Shown: piece after piece, positions 18,696-28,615 of the stretch
Position numbering within the stretch: the stretch's first letter is position 1
Layout: each line of letters starts with the position of its first letter
Virus record (IMG/VR): IMGVR_UViG_3300042923_001106
Location: 119,209 to 183,208 of that record
Length of the DNA stretch: 64,000 bases
Source: a virus
Strand: one strand, 5' to 3'
Position numbers and translations under genes: made by a program
Notes under the pieces: generated by a model
What the model saw: only the letters and a program-made list of their open reading frames with translations
Told to the model about the DNA's origin: nothing
The model's database searches: none

Positions 18696-18950
18696 AGGGA
18701 AGTATGAATGAAGAAAATCGAGCAGAATCTAAGGATTGTCCATAACGGTAGGAAATACAAGGTTCAATTTAATTTCTGTACAGAATGTAAATCGTTTAAA
18801 AACTGTTATGAGGATAATCCATTTCATCCAAGCTATTTGAGTCCAGAATGCTTAGAAATCGGTCAAAGTCTTGGGTATGATGCTTAACCGTAAAACTGTT
18901 TATCTTAATACTTTAGGATTAAATAAAAGTATCACTATCAAAAGAAAATA

Positions 18951-19220
18951 GTGAAGGTGGTCAATATGAATCCATGGATTAAACAAGTTCCAGCATTCAA
19001 CTTGGATTATTTCATCTTAGGAAAAGCAGTACGTATCACAGATAAAACTAAAAATAAGAAGTTTGACGGACTAATTCTAAGAAGAGAAGAAGATAGGATC
19101 GGTGTCTCAGTAGTCGAATGGTATTCACCTATGACCGGCACATCTGAGTATATAGCTCAAACATGCTATTTTGATATTAAGGATATTGTTAACGAGAAGT
19201 ATGAAATCGAATTGCTTTAA
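18951..19220 (+). CDS. Hypothetical protein
   Basis: 89 aa ORF; the start is uncertain (GTG 18951 or ATG 18966). Confidence 0.6.
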   Translation: MKVVNMNPWIKQVPAFNLDYFILGKAVRITDKTKNKKFDGLILRREEDRIGVSVVEWYSPMTGTSEYIAQTCYFDIKDIVNEKYEIELL

Positions 19221-19246
19221 GATAACTTATACTGGGGCGATAAACT

Positions 19247-19570
19247 ATGAGTGTAAAACGCGAGGAGTACCTAATTATTGGTGTCGATGTGAGTGATCAC
19301 TATGATGGGGATGATGACTATGATAAATACGAAAGATATTATCATAATACTGAAGTAGGTGAATTCACTCTGCTTGTTGATGGATATAGCAGAAACTACA
19401 CTATCTTTGGAGAGATCATGGAGTATGGAAATGAATACGAAGGCTTACCGCTGACGGAAATAAATTTAGACGAGTTCAATGAAGCCATATATAGAGTGAG
19501 GGATAAGGTTAGAAGTTTATTTGGAGTAACTGAGCAGCCAAGAATTTACGCATTGACCCACTGGAGTTAA
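19247..19570 (+). CDS. Hypothetical acidic protein
   Basis: 107 aa ORF. Confidence 0.65.
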   Translation: MSVKREEYLIIGVDVSDHYDGDDDYDKYERYYHNTEVGEFTLLVDGYSRNYTIFGEIMEYGNEYEGLPLTEINLDEFNEAIYRVRDKVRSLFGVTEQPRIYALTHWS

Positions 19571-19572
19571 AT

Positions 19573-19833
19573 ATGAGAGTAGCATCTATTGAAGTTGAAA
19601 GAGCGAAAGTTGAGTATAAAATGATTTTTAACGAAGATGCAGATGAGCATAATTTGTTTGACCTGTACCACATTGGATTAGTAACCTCATATGGAAAATT
19701 ATTTGGCGAATTAGAAAAGAGCCGTGAAATGGCATCTCTTCATATGAAATTAAGCAATAGTTTCTCGCAGGTTGGAATCAATTTAGACGATTATCAAATC
19801 ATTAATATGATCATGTGCATAATTAGGGAATAA
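19573..19833 (+). CDS. Hypothetical protein
   Basis: Stop within the palindrome at 19829. Confidence 0.6.
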   Translation: MRVASIEVERAKVEYKMIFNEDADEHNLFDLYHIGLVTSYGKLFGELEKSREMASLHMKLSNSFSQVGINLDDYQIINMIMCIIRE

Positions 19834-19864
19834 AATGAGTGTTTTATTCGAAAGGAGACGTTAA

Positions 19865-20551
19865 ATGAACGACGAATTACAGTCTACAATAATCTTCGAT
19901 ATTTATGAGCGGGTACATATTCCAGACGACTTGCCGTTACTCGCAAAGATTAAACGACACGCTTTGATTCCAGAGATTCAGTACTATCAAGTAGGAGACG
20001 AATATCATCTAAAAGGCAGTCTAAACTTATCACTTTACTACACGGGTATTGATAGTATTATGAATGAAAGAACACAAACCTTTTATCATCAGATCCCACT
20101 GGAAATAACAATACCTATCTCAAGAGGCGTTCCTGAATTCTGGCAAATTGGCACTGTAAATGTAGAACATCTTGGAAACAATATAATAAATGTTACAGGG
20201 ACATTTGAAGTTGATCTTTATACTGAAGAAGAAAGTGTAAAAATAGATAATATAAATAAATTCAAATGTACAAATGAAGAATGTATTGAACTACAACTTA
20301 AACAAAGTGAAGATATGCGCTTGATTTTAAATATTGAAGATGGTATTCGTCATCAATACTATCTTAATGAAGATGGTTCGCTTGAACATTATGATAGTGA
20401 TGGCATGGGACAAGAGATTTATTTACGTTGCAATGTTTGTGGTCAAAAGTATGAATTTGATTCTGATATTGGTCATGTATTTGAGCAACATATCCTGCCA
20501 TTAAATAAATGCGAAATACGGGATATAGGGATTATTAAAATTAGCAGATAG
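19865..20551 (+). CDS. SpoVID N-terminal-like domain fused to a zinc-ribbon domain
   Basis: IIFDIYERVHI...LIPEIQ...LKGSLNL...HQIPLEITIP...NVTG resembles the Paenibacillus-type SpoVID N-domain; the C-terminal part has CTNEEC and CNVC. Confidence 0.7.
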   Translation: MNDELQSTIIFDIYERVHIPDDLPLLAKIKRHALIPEIQYYQVGDEYHLKGSLNLSLYYTGIDSIMNERTQTFYHQIPLEITIPISRGVPEFWQIGTVNVEHLGNNIINVTGTFEVDLYTEEESVKIDNINKFKCTNEECIELQLKQSEDMRLILNIEDGIRHQYYLNEDGSLEHYDSDGMGQEIYLRCNVCGQKYEFDSDIGHVFEQHILPLNKCEIRDIGIIKISR

Positions 20552-20583
20552 ATAGTCTTTTTATTTTATTCTAACAAGGAGCG

Positions 20584-20964
20584 ATGAATATGAACGTTAT
20601 TGAGTTTGAAACTGATGAATTATGGGAGATTGCTTACGGTGATCATGAGTTTGCGCAAGTTATAAAAAAGGATACATACAGAGAAGGTTGGTATGAATAC
20701 CACGAAATCACATTCGTCTATGATGGTGTTCAATATTCGTTTGTTTATAAGGAACATACTTCTCCGAAAGTTTGCGATAGGGAAATTGTTCAAGATGCAA
20801 AGCCAACCGAAGCGCAGCCCATCTCTGTTAATCCAGATGAAGAAGCGGAGTTCATATGGGAGAATTTGATGAAAATGGATAAGGGATATATCAGCAAAGA
20901 AGATATTAAAACAATTACAGAATTACAAACAGAATATCTTATTAGTATTGGTGTTATTAAATAA
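20584..20964 (+). CDS. Hypothetical acidic protein
   Basis: RBS AAGGAG; stop within the palindrome at 20960. Confidence 0.65.
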   Translation: MNMNVIEFETDELWEIAYGDHEFAQVIKKDTYREGWYEYHEITFVYDGVQYSFVYKEHTSPKVCDREIVQDAKPTEAQPISVNPDEEAEFIWENLMKMDKGYISKEDIKTITELQTEYLISIGVIK

Positions 20965-20998
20965 AATATGATTTTCATTGCCTAATCGGAGGTCAAGT

Positions 20999-21193
20999 AT
21001 GGAGGATCTGATAGAGTATAGGGTTTACTATAAATTGATTATTGACCATATGGAAGCATGCACAACACCGTTAAGCGAAGATAAGGCGAACAGCACATAT
21101 TTAGGTTTACTTAACAACAATGAGTGCTACGATGTCAGGATTGTTAAGGAAACTGTTAAACGCGAGATAGTAAAAGCACATCTATTACATTAA
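20999..21193 (+). CDS. Hypothetical protein
   Basis: ATG 20999 follows GGAGG. Confidence 0.55.
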   Translation: MEDLIEYRVYYKLIIDHMEACTTPLSEDKANSTYLGLLNNNECYDVRIVKETVKREIVKAHLLH

Positions 21194-21210
21194 AATTAAC
21201 AAAATAAAAC

Positions 21211-21239
21211 TTTACAATAATATTTAAGTGTAGTATATT
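21211..21239 (+). promoter_or_regulatory. Sigma-A promoter upstream of recJ
   Basis: TTTACA-N17-TATATT with an A-rich UP element. Confidence 0.65.
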
Positions 21240-21259
21240 TATTGAGTGGAGGTGATGTG

Positions 21260-22900
21260 GTGAAGTGGAAACAAAAGCTTCCCAAAATAGAGTATTCACC
21301 ATTTGATGATTTAAAGGATCAACTTGCAGCAATCAACGGCATTGAAAATCTAAATGAGTTCCTAAATCCATCATGGGAACATATCAGTAATCCATGCTTG
21401 TTGAAAAATATTAAAGAAGGAACCAGACGAATAATCAAAGCGATACATAGTGGAGAAAAGATTGTTGTGATGGCAGATATCGATAGCGATGGAATTAATT
21501 CAGCCGCAATAATGGTAAATTACCTTGAAAAGCATAGCGCAAATGTTTCATATATTTATGCGCAGCGAAAAGACGGCCATGGTCTACACACCACAGTTGA
21601 TAAAATTCCAGAAGACACAAGACTATTGATTATTGTCGATTCATCATCATCAGAATGGAAAGAATGTAGACAACTAAAAGAAAAGGGCATCGATGTTTTA
21701 ATTATTGATCATCATCCACTGGACAACCCAAACTACTATTGTATCCTAATAAATCCTCAACAAGAGGGATGTGATTACCCTAACAAAAATATCTCTGGTT
21801 CAGGATTGACTTGGCAGGTGTGTCGAGTATTAGATAATAAACTTGATTCAACTTATGCTCTCGAACTTGTTGATATGGCTGCAATTGGTCTCATTTCAGA
21901 CATGATGTGTATGAATACGATGGAAAATAGAGCAATCGTAAATATCGGTTTGAGTAATGTTAAAAATATCGGACTGAATGCCATTTTGTCTGCTCAAGGT
22001 CTCCTTAAAAAGAAGCTTAGTACAACAGACATTGGATATAAAGTTTCAACCCTAATCAATGCTTCTGCTCGGTTGAATAAGATTGAATTGGCCTTAGAGT
22101 TGTTGACTACGGATACGACTGTTAGAGCAGACGAATTAGTCAAGGAAATAAATAAATTAAACAAGCAAAGAAAAACAAAACAAACTGTTCATGTTGATGA
22201 TTTGCTCGCAAAAGTGGATAGTACACAGAAAATAATAATCCACTTGGATCACAACAAAGAGATAAGTAAGGCATTCAGTGGACTCATAGCTAATGAAATT
22301 GCCAATACATATCAAAGACCTTGCTTAATTTTATCTCCTGATGAAAGTCAGGGAAATACATATAGTGGGAGTTATCGCTCTTATAGTGGATTCAACTTAA
22401 AAACTTTCTTCTCGAATTTATCGTTAGTCGAAACTACTGGAGGACATGAGGGAGCCGGTGGAATTTCGGTCAAGAATGAAAATCTTTTTGACTTTATTGA
22501 TATGGTGAAGGAGAACAGTGAAAGCCTTTCGTTTGAATCAGAAGTCGAATATGATCTGGAATTATCGTGTGATGAAATTGATGAGAAATTAATATATGTT
22601 ATCACCGATTTCTACAGAATATCAGGTGCAAACTTTCCAATGGGGAAATTTTTAGTATCGGATATCCTTGTAGATGAAGTAAAAGTTAAAGGAAAAAACG
22701 AAGATACTGTAGAGGCGATAAATCAAAATTTAAGTTTGATGAAGTTTAAAACTAGTAGAAAATTTGCTGAAAGTATACCACTTTTGACTAATATTTCTGC
22801 TGTTGGAACACTGAGTGTGAATGGATTTTATAATTTTGGTATAAAAAAATATGTGAAGACTAACCAAATCATTTTAGATGACTTTAAAGTGGTTAGTTAA
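21260..22900 (+). CDS. recJ: Single-stranded DNA exonuclease RecJ (DHH/DHHA1; YorK-like)
   Basis: DIDSDG, IIVD, IIDHH, DMAAIGLISD and GGHEGAGG motifs; GTG start after GGAGG. Confidence 0.9.
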   Translation: MKWKQKLPKIEYSPFDDLKDQLAAINGIENLNEFLNPSWEHISNPCLLKNIKEGTRRIIKAIHSGEKIVVMADIDSDGINSAAIMVNYLEKHSANVSYIYAQRKDGHGLHTTVDKIPEDTRLLIIVDSSSSEWKECRQLKEKGIDVLIIDHHPLDNPNYYCILINPQQEGCDYPNKNISGSGLTWQVCRVLDNKLDSTYALELVDMAAIGLISDMMCMNTMENRAIVNIGLSNVKNIGLNAILSAQGLLKKKLSTTDIGYKVSTLINASARLNKIELALELLTTDTTVRADELVKEINKLNKQRKTKQTVHVDDLLAKVDSTQKIIIHLDHNKEISKAFSGLIANEIANTYQRPCLILSPDESQGNTYSGSYRSYSGFNLKTFFSNLSLVETTGGHEGAGGISVKNENLFDFIDMVKENSESLSFESEVEYDLELSCDEIDEKLIYVITDFYRISGANFPMGKFLVSDILVDEVKVKGKNEDTVEAINQNLSLMKFKTSRKFAESIPLLTNISAVGTLSVNGFYNFGIKKYVKTNQIILDDFKVVS

Positions 22901-22938
22901 AAATAAATAATAAATATAATAAGGGAGAGAATTGTTGA

Positions 22939-23187
22939 ATGAACTATTATGTCGTAGCAAAGAATGCTGATGGAAAAGGGTTTGTTATTTCGAGTAGTGA
23001 AAATGTACGGCTATTTGCCCAACAAGAGATTGCAGAAGAATGTAATCAGCGAGGCTTGGTAGTAAATCTCGATGAAGTCCGAAAGGTATCTGGTAGTGGA
23101 AATCAAGGATCGACAAATACTAAATTCTTTAAGCACAGGAAGAAACATAATGGAGAAAATGGCGAAGGGTATTATAGTGCGCTGTAA
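22939..23187 (+). CDS. Hypothetical protein
   Basis: RBS GGGAG. Confidence 0.6.
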   Translation: MNYYVVAKNADGKGFVISSSENVRLFAQQEIAEECNQRGLVVNLDEVRKVSGSGNQGSTNTKFFKHRKKHNGENGEGYYSAL

Positions 23188-23267
23188 AAGTGGATTTTTG
23201 GGGAGTACCGTGACCGGCCAGAATGCGGTGGCTTAAATAAAATCATAATCTCATAGGGAGGGAAAGC

Positions 23268-23645
23268 ATGGAAACAGAAATTCAAAATAAAGTGTTCGAA
23301 TATATTGAGGCTGTAGCGCAAAAATTGGGTGTAGCAAGTGAATATGTTTTCGATTTGCTAGTTACACAACAAATCATAGAAGGCATAACTACCCTAAGTG
23401 TACTTGTACTCTTTTCACTTATGAGTGTAGCATCGTTGGTTGCCGGTTTTAAATGGATGAACAGAGACGGAGTAACTTTTAACGATGACGATTTTCATCC
23501 ATCTTTTATATTTATAATTGCAGGGTTTGTGGTATCTATTATCTTATTAGTTGCTTTTGCTGTTGAACTTGGTGAGAGCGTAATGCAAATAATTAACCCA
23601 AGGTATTATGCTGTTAAAGAAATCCTAAACGTATTTAGCAAATAA
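23268..23645 (+). CDS. Two-TM phage membrane protein
   Basis: Two hydrophobic segments; C-terminal INPRYYAVKEIL. Confidence 0.75.
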   Translation: METEIQNKVFEYIEAVAQKLGVASEYVFDLLVTQQIIEGITTLSVLVLFSLMSVASLVAGFKWMNRDGVTFNDDDFHPSFIFIIAGFVVSIILLVAFAVELGESVMQIINPRYYAVKEILNVFSK

Positions 23646-23700
23646 ATCTCTCACTAATTGATTAGCAGTGCATAATTTTCTTGAACAATCGAGGTGAAAA

Positions 23701-24156
23701 ATGCAACGAGTTTTAGACGCCTGTTGTGGAAGCAGAATGTTTTGGTTTGATAAGCACAATGAGGATGTACTTTTCATGGATATTCGCCAATTAAGCGATA
23801 CGTTATGTGACGGGCGAAAGTTAGTGGTTAGTCCAGACATAGTAGCCGATTTCAGAAACATGCCTTTCGAAGATAATGCATTTTATTTAGTAGTATTCGA
23901 TCCACCACATTTGTTAAAAGCGGGCGAAGATTCATGGTTAGCCAAGAAATACGGAAAACTCGGTCTGGATTGGAAAAACGACATCGCAAAAGGTTTTAGC
24001 GAATGTATGAGAGTTCTTAAACCAAATGGAACACTTATTTTTAAGTGGAATGAGGATCAAATACAATTACAAGAAATTCTTAAAGCGATTGATTACAAAC
24101 CGTTATTTGGAAATCGCAGAAGTAAAACGCATTGGTTGGCATTCATGAAAGACTAA
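23701..24156 (+). CDS. Class I SAM-dependent methyltransferase (small phage DNA MTase-like)
   Basis: VLDACCGSRMFWF, VVFDPPH and RVLKPNG motifs. Confidence 0.85.
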   Translation: MQRVLDACCGSRMFWFDKHNEDVLFMDIRQLSDTLCDGRKLVVSPDIVADFRNMPFEDNAFYLVVFDPPHLLKAGEDSWLAKKYGKLGLDWKNDIAKGFSECMRVLKPNGTLIFKWNEDQIQLQEILKAIDYKPLFGNRRSKTHWLAFMKD

Positions 24157-24204
24157 GTAAAAAAAAGTCTATCTAACCATATAAAATAAAAGGAGATAAT
24201 ACAT

Positions 24205-24444
24205 ATGAACTTTTTGAAGAATATTCTTAATATCAAAGGGGATCAAACCAAAGATACACGTACCATCACACAAAAGGAAGAACTTACAATTGCACTTCAA
24301 GCCGGTAAATTGCGCGAAGTAGCCATTGCAAGAGGTGGTACAGGGTATTTGCGACAAGAACTCTCCAATAAAGAAAAACAGCGTCGTAAGAACCGTCTGC
24401 GTCAAACTAAACAATCGCGCAAAGCTAATCGTAAGGCTGTGTAA
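24205..24444 (+). CDS. Small basic protein
   Basis: Arg/Lys-rich C-terminus RRKNRLRQTKQSRKANR. Confidence 0.65.
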   Translation: MNFLKNILNIKGDQTKDTRTITQKEELTIALQAGKLREVAIARGGTGYLRQELSNKEKQRRKNRLRQTKQSRKANRKAV

Positions 24445-24495
24445 TTCAAGAACATATCGAGTTCCAGAATTATAAAAATAAAATTATAAGGAGAA

Positions 24496-24708
24496 ATGAA
24501 AATGATTATTGGACAATTCAAACTCGAGGGTAAAACTGAAAGAATCAATGGTAAAGATTTGATTATCTCGGTTGATTTAGCACAAGTAGTTGAAGGGGAG
24601 GTGCAACAAAATCCTACAGTTGTAGGAAGGATTAGTGTACATAATATCAGTAAAGAAGTTGTAGATAAATTGGAAACAGGGAAAGTCTATAGTATCGATT
24701 TCAAATAA
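24496..24708 (+). CDS. Hypothetical protein
   Basis: RBS AAGGAG. Confidence 0.6.
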   Translation: MKMIIGQFKLEGKTERINGKDLIISVDLAQVVEGEVQQNPTVVGRISVHNISKEVVDKLETGKVYSIDFK

Positions 24709-24872
24709 GGTTGGGGGAATTATTCCCCTATGAAATAGTGGTTTCATTTGGCTTTGAGAGGAGGTGAAGTACTTTATAACTTTTGATTCATTGATAGATA
24801 ATCTCGAATGAATTGCTACGGAAACAAATACGGAGCACTTACAGATTAAATAAGTTTAGAAGGGAAAAGAAA

Positions 24873-26138
24873 ATGAAGTTGCCAAACGTAATTACGAAAC
24901 GTAATGGAACAACAGTTGAATTCAAAACAGATAAAATCACAAACGCTATTAAGAAAGCAGCAGCTCAGACAGGTGAGTTTGACGTTTCCGAGGCAATACG
25001 GTTGACGCAAGGCGTTTTAGAATTAATAAATCACAGTGATTATGACAAATTAACGGTTGAAACTGTGCAGGATTTAGTGGAAGTTGTTTTGTTAGAATCT
25101 AAATATAAATCAACAGCCAAAGCATATATTATCTACCGAGAAAAACGAAAACAAGCAAGGCGAATTGATATTTTCAAACGTCGTTTAAACTTGAAGCCAT
25201 TCGAATATCCAGACCTCACTAAATATAAGGAGGCCGTACAACATTCCTATTGGCTGCACACTGAGTTCAACTATACATCTGACATTCAGGATTATAAGGT
25301 TAATATATCGGATGTTGAGAGAAATATTATTAAAAATGCAATGCTTGCGATTGCTCAGGTTGAGGTCGCAGTTAAAACTTTTTGGGGAGACTTGTATCAT
25401 CGACTCCCAAAGCCGGAACTTGGATCTGTTGGGTATACATTTGCGGAAAGCGAAGTAAGGCATCATGATGCATACTCTCATTTGCTTGAAATATTGGGAC
25501 TGAATGATGAATTTGAGAAGATCGAGAACATCCCCGAATTGTTTCAGCGCATCGACTATTTGACAAAAGGTGTGGCACTAACGCGCACAGGAAACGATAG
25601 GGATTACGCCTTATCTATTCTTTTGTTTTCTCTATTTATTGAACATGTATCGCTATTTTCGCAATTCCTGATTATCATGTCGTTTAATAAGCATAGAAAT
25701 GTTTTTAAGGGAATGTCTAATGTTATTGAGGCAACATCTAAAGAAGAGCAGATTCATGGGTTATTTGGAATAGAACTCATCAATATTATTCGCACAGAGC
25801 ATCCTGAATGGTTTGATAATCGACTAGAACATTTGGTAATTGAAGCGTGTAAGGAATCTTATAAATCGGAGCAAATTGTTATTGACTGGATTTATGAATC
25901 TGGCGACTTGGATTTTTTGCCAAAAGCAACGGTTAAGGAGTTTGTTAAAAATCGTCTGAACAACTCACTTCGCAGCATAGGTTATAACCCAATTTTCGAT
26001 GTGGATGAAAATGCAATAGTAGCAACGGATTGGTTTGACACAGAGATTGTCAGTACAAAACATGTTGATTTCTTTGTGAAACGCTCGATCAATTACAGTA
26101 AACGAACAAAAAGTATTACGGGAGACGATTTATTTTAA
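24873..26138 (+). CDS. nrdB: Ribonucleotide reductase small subunit with an N-terminal ATP-cone (NrdBi-like)
   Basis: ATP-cone ITKRNG...FKTDKITNAI...VETVQDLVEVVL...AKAYIIYR, then LKPFEYP, HSYWLHTEF, ESEVRH and EEQIHG ferritin-like motifs. Confidence 0.9.
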   Translation: MKLPNVITKRNGTTVEFKTDKITNAIKKAAAQTGEFDVSEAIRLTQGVLELINHSDYDKLTVETVQDLVEVVLLESKYKSTAKAYIIYREKRKQARRIDIFKRRLNLKPFEYPDLTKYKEAVQHSYWLHTEFNYTSDIQDYKVNISDVERNIIKNAMLAIAQVEVAVKTFWGDLYHRLPKPELGSVGYTFAESEVRHHDAYSHLLEILGLNDEFEKIENIPELFQRIDYLTKGVALTRTGNDRDYALSILLFSLFIEHVSLFSQFLIIMSFNKHRNVFKGMSNVIEATSKEEQIHGLFGIELINIIRTEHPEWFDNRLEHLVIEACKESYKSEQIVIDWIYESGDLDFLPKATVKEFVKNRLNNSLRSIGYNPIFDVDENAIVATDWFDTEIVSTKHVDFFVKRSINYSKRTKSITGDDLF

Positions 26139-26164
26139 TAAAAGACTTGGGGGATATTCATTAC

Positions 26165-27835
26165 ATGAAGTGGTTAAACGAAAATAGTAGAAATTTTTTA
26201 TCACGCGGATATTTAACAGAAGGGGTTACTCCAGAGCAGAGAATTCGTACAATTGCCAATGCCGCAGAATCCATTCTTGGCATTAAGGGATTTGCAGATA
26301 AATTTTATGAATATATTGAAAAGGGATATTATTCGCTATCCACGCCAGTATGGTCTAATTTCGGAATAAACAAAGGACTCCCTATCAGTTGCTTTGGATC
26401 ATTTTTGTCAGACAGTATGGGGAGTATTCTATATACACAGTCTGAAGTTGGAATGATGAGTAAATTTGGCGGAGGTACTTCCGGTTATTTTGGTGATTTG
26501 CGTCATCGTGGAGCACCTATAAAGGATAACGGGCAATCATCAGGCTCTGTACATTTTATGAAATTATTCGAGTCAACCATGGATGTAGTAAGTCAGGGCA
26601 GTACGCGCAGAGGTAGATTCTCTCCATATTTACCAATTGACCATCCAGATATTGAAGAGTTTTTGAAGATTGGTACTGAAGGTGATCCAATTCAAGAATT
26701 GACGCACGGAGTTACTGTTAAGGATAAATGGATGAAAGAAATGATCGCAGGAGATGTTGAGAAACGCGCATTATGGGCTAAGGTTATTCAGCGTCGTGTT
26801 GAGATTGGATATCCATATATTCTTTTTGAAGATACGGTCAATAAAAATACAGTAGATGTTTATAAAGATAAAGAATTAAAGATTAAACAGAGCAACTTAT
26901 GCAGTGAAATAGCATTACCAAACAACGACAAAGAATCATTTGTATGCAACCTATCGTCTATGAATTTATTGTATTATGACGAATGGAAAGAAACAGACGC
27001 TGTTGAAACGATGGTATTTTTCCTAGATGCGGTCATGACCGATTTCCTAAATAAACTCGAACAAATGCGAGATTCTGATAAAAAAGAAGATAAACTTGCG
27101 TTTTATTTTATGGAGAGGGCATATAATTTTGCAAAAGCGCACCGTGCATTAGGATTAGGAGCATTAGGATGGCACTCCTATCTCCAATCTAAAATGATCC
27201 CCTTCGAAAGCTTGGATGCATCTAAACTAAATTCACGCATATTTAGTTTTATTCAAACAAGGGCACATAAGGCTTCGATGGAATTGGCGAATCTTTATGG
27301 GGAACCTGAATTATTAAAGGGTTACGGTCGCCGTAATACAACATTGACTGCGATTGCACCGACAACATCTTCTGCCTTTATTTTAGGGCAAGTTTCACAA
27401 AGTATTGAACCCATTTGGTCAAATTGCTATGTAAAAGATGTTGCAAAGATGAAAGTCACAATTCAAAATACACAATTAAAGAAAGTCTTGCAGTTCTACG
27501 ACAAAGACACTCGGGAAGTGTGGAATAGTATTCGAGATAATGACGGTTCCGTGCAGCATCTTGAATTTCTAAACGACAATGAAAAAGAAGTATTCAAAAC
27601 ATTTAGCGAAATTGACCAGTATGTTATTTTAGATCAGGCTTCTACCCGACAACTATTTTTAGATCAAAGCCAATCATTAAATCTAATGGTCAATCCCAAA
27701 ATGCCAGCCAAGCAGATTAACGAATTATATTTGTTTGCTTGGGAGAACAATGTTAAAACACTATATTACCAACATAGTACAAATGCGGCTCAACAATTCA
27801 GTAAGGATAAGTTATGCGTCAATTGTGAAGCGTAA
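26165..27835 (+). CDS. nrdA: Ribonucleotide reductase large subunit, short form without ATP-cone (NrdAi-like)
   Basis: LPISCFG, QSNLCSEI, VCNLSS, IAPTTSSA, DQSQSLN and TLYY motifs. Confidence 0.9.
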   Translation: MKWLNENSRNFLSRGYLTEGVTPEQRIRTIANAAESILGIKGFADKFYEYIEKGYYSLSTPVWSNFGINKGLPISCFGSFLSDSMGSILYTQSEVGMMSKFGGGTSGYFGDLRHRGAPIKDNGQSSGSVHFMKLFESTMDVVSQGSTRRGRFSPYLPIDHPDIEEFLKIGTEGDPIQELTHGVTVKDKWMKEMIAGDVEKRALWAKVIQRRVEIGYPYILFEDTVNKNTVDVYKDKELKIKQSNLCSEIALPNNDKESFVCNLSSMNLLYYDEWKETDAVETMVFFLDAVMTDFLNKLEQMRDSDKKEDKLAFYFMERAYNFAKAHRALGLGALGWHSYLQSKMIPFESLDASKLNSRIFSFIQTRAHKASMELANLYGEPELLKGYGRRNTTLTAIAPTTSSAFILGQVSQSIEPIWSNCYVKDVAKMKVTIQNTQLKKVLQFYDKDTREVWNSIRDNDGSVQHLEFLNDNEKEVFKTFSEIDQYVILDQASTRQLFLDQSQSLNLMVNPKMPAKQINELYLFAWENNVKTLYYQHSTNAAQQFSKDKLCVNCEA

Positions 27836-27876
27836 TGGTTTTTCATTAGACAATATAAAAAGGGAGATATCATCGG

Positions 27877-28494
27877 ATGTTTCAATTAGAAGATAAAGTA
27901 TATATTACACAAGAAAAAACAACGGGAGTAATTAAAGAATATAATTCCGAATCAGAAGAGTATTTCATTACATATTTTCCAAAAAACACTCCAAAAAAAC
28001 GTAAAAAAGATTGGTTTAAACCTAGTCAAATTCGTAAGTTTAAAAAGCCTTTGGAGATTAAAGTAAAATATTTTTCTGATATTGAAAAGATAGAAAAGAT
28101 CTCTCAAGGTGACTGGATCGATCTTCGAGCTGCTGAAACTGTAGAACTTAAAGCAGGAGAATTTAAACTTATCCCACTTGGTATTGGTATGAAACTTCCA
28201 AAAGGATATGAAGCAAATCCCGTTCCTCGTTCTAGTACATTTAAAAACTGGGGAATTATCCAAACAAACTCCTTCGGAGTAATTGATAATTCTTATTCTG
28301 GAGATGATGACCAATGGTTTTTCCCGGCTTATGCTACTCGTGATACCGTTATTGAAAAGAATAGTCGAATTTGTCAGTTCCGTATTAATCGAGTTCAACC
28401 GAAAATTCAATTTACTGTAGTCCAAAATCTTGATGAGATATCTCGCGGTGGATTTGGATCAACTGGTAAAACTGACCTACCTCAATCTCGTTAA
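27877..28494 (+). CDS. dut: Trimeric dUTPase with an N-terminal extension of about 55 aa
   Basis: [22 protein letters not shown] and RGGFGSTG motifs. Confidence 0.9.
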   Translation: MFQLEDKVYITQEKTTGVIKEYNSESEEYFITYFPKNTPKKRKKDWFKPSQIRKFKKPLEIKVKYFSDIEKIEKISQGDWIDLRAAETVELKAGEFKLIPLGIGMKLPKGYEANPVPRSSTFKNWGIIQTNSFGVIDNSYSGDDDQWFFPAYATRDTVIEKNSRICQFRINRVQPKIQFTVVQNLDEISRGGFGSTGKTDLPQSR

Positions 28495-28615
28495 TACTAC
28501 GTTTTACTCGTTTTCTCTAATGCTAATATCAGATAAAATTGTTCTTTCATTGGCTAATTTTATGGGCAGTAGTTTTGTCTACTGTCCTTTTTAATCTAAA
28601 ATAAGGGAGAATAAA

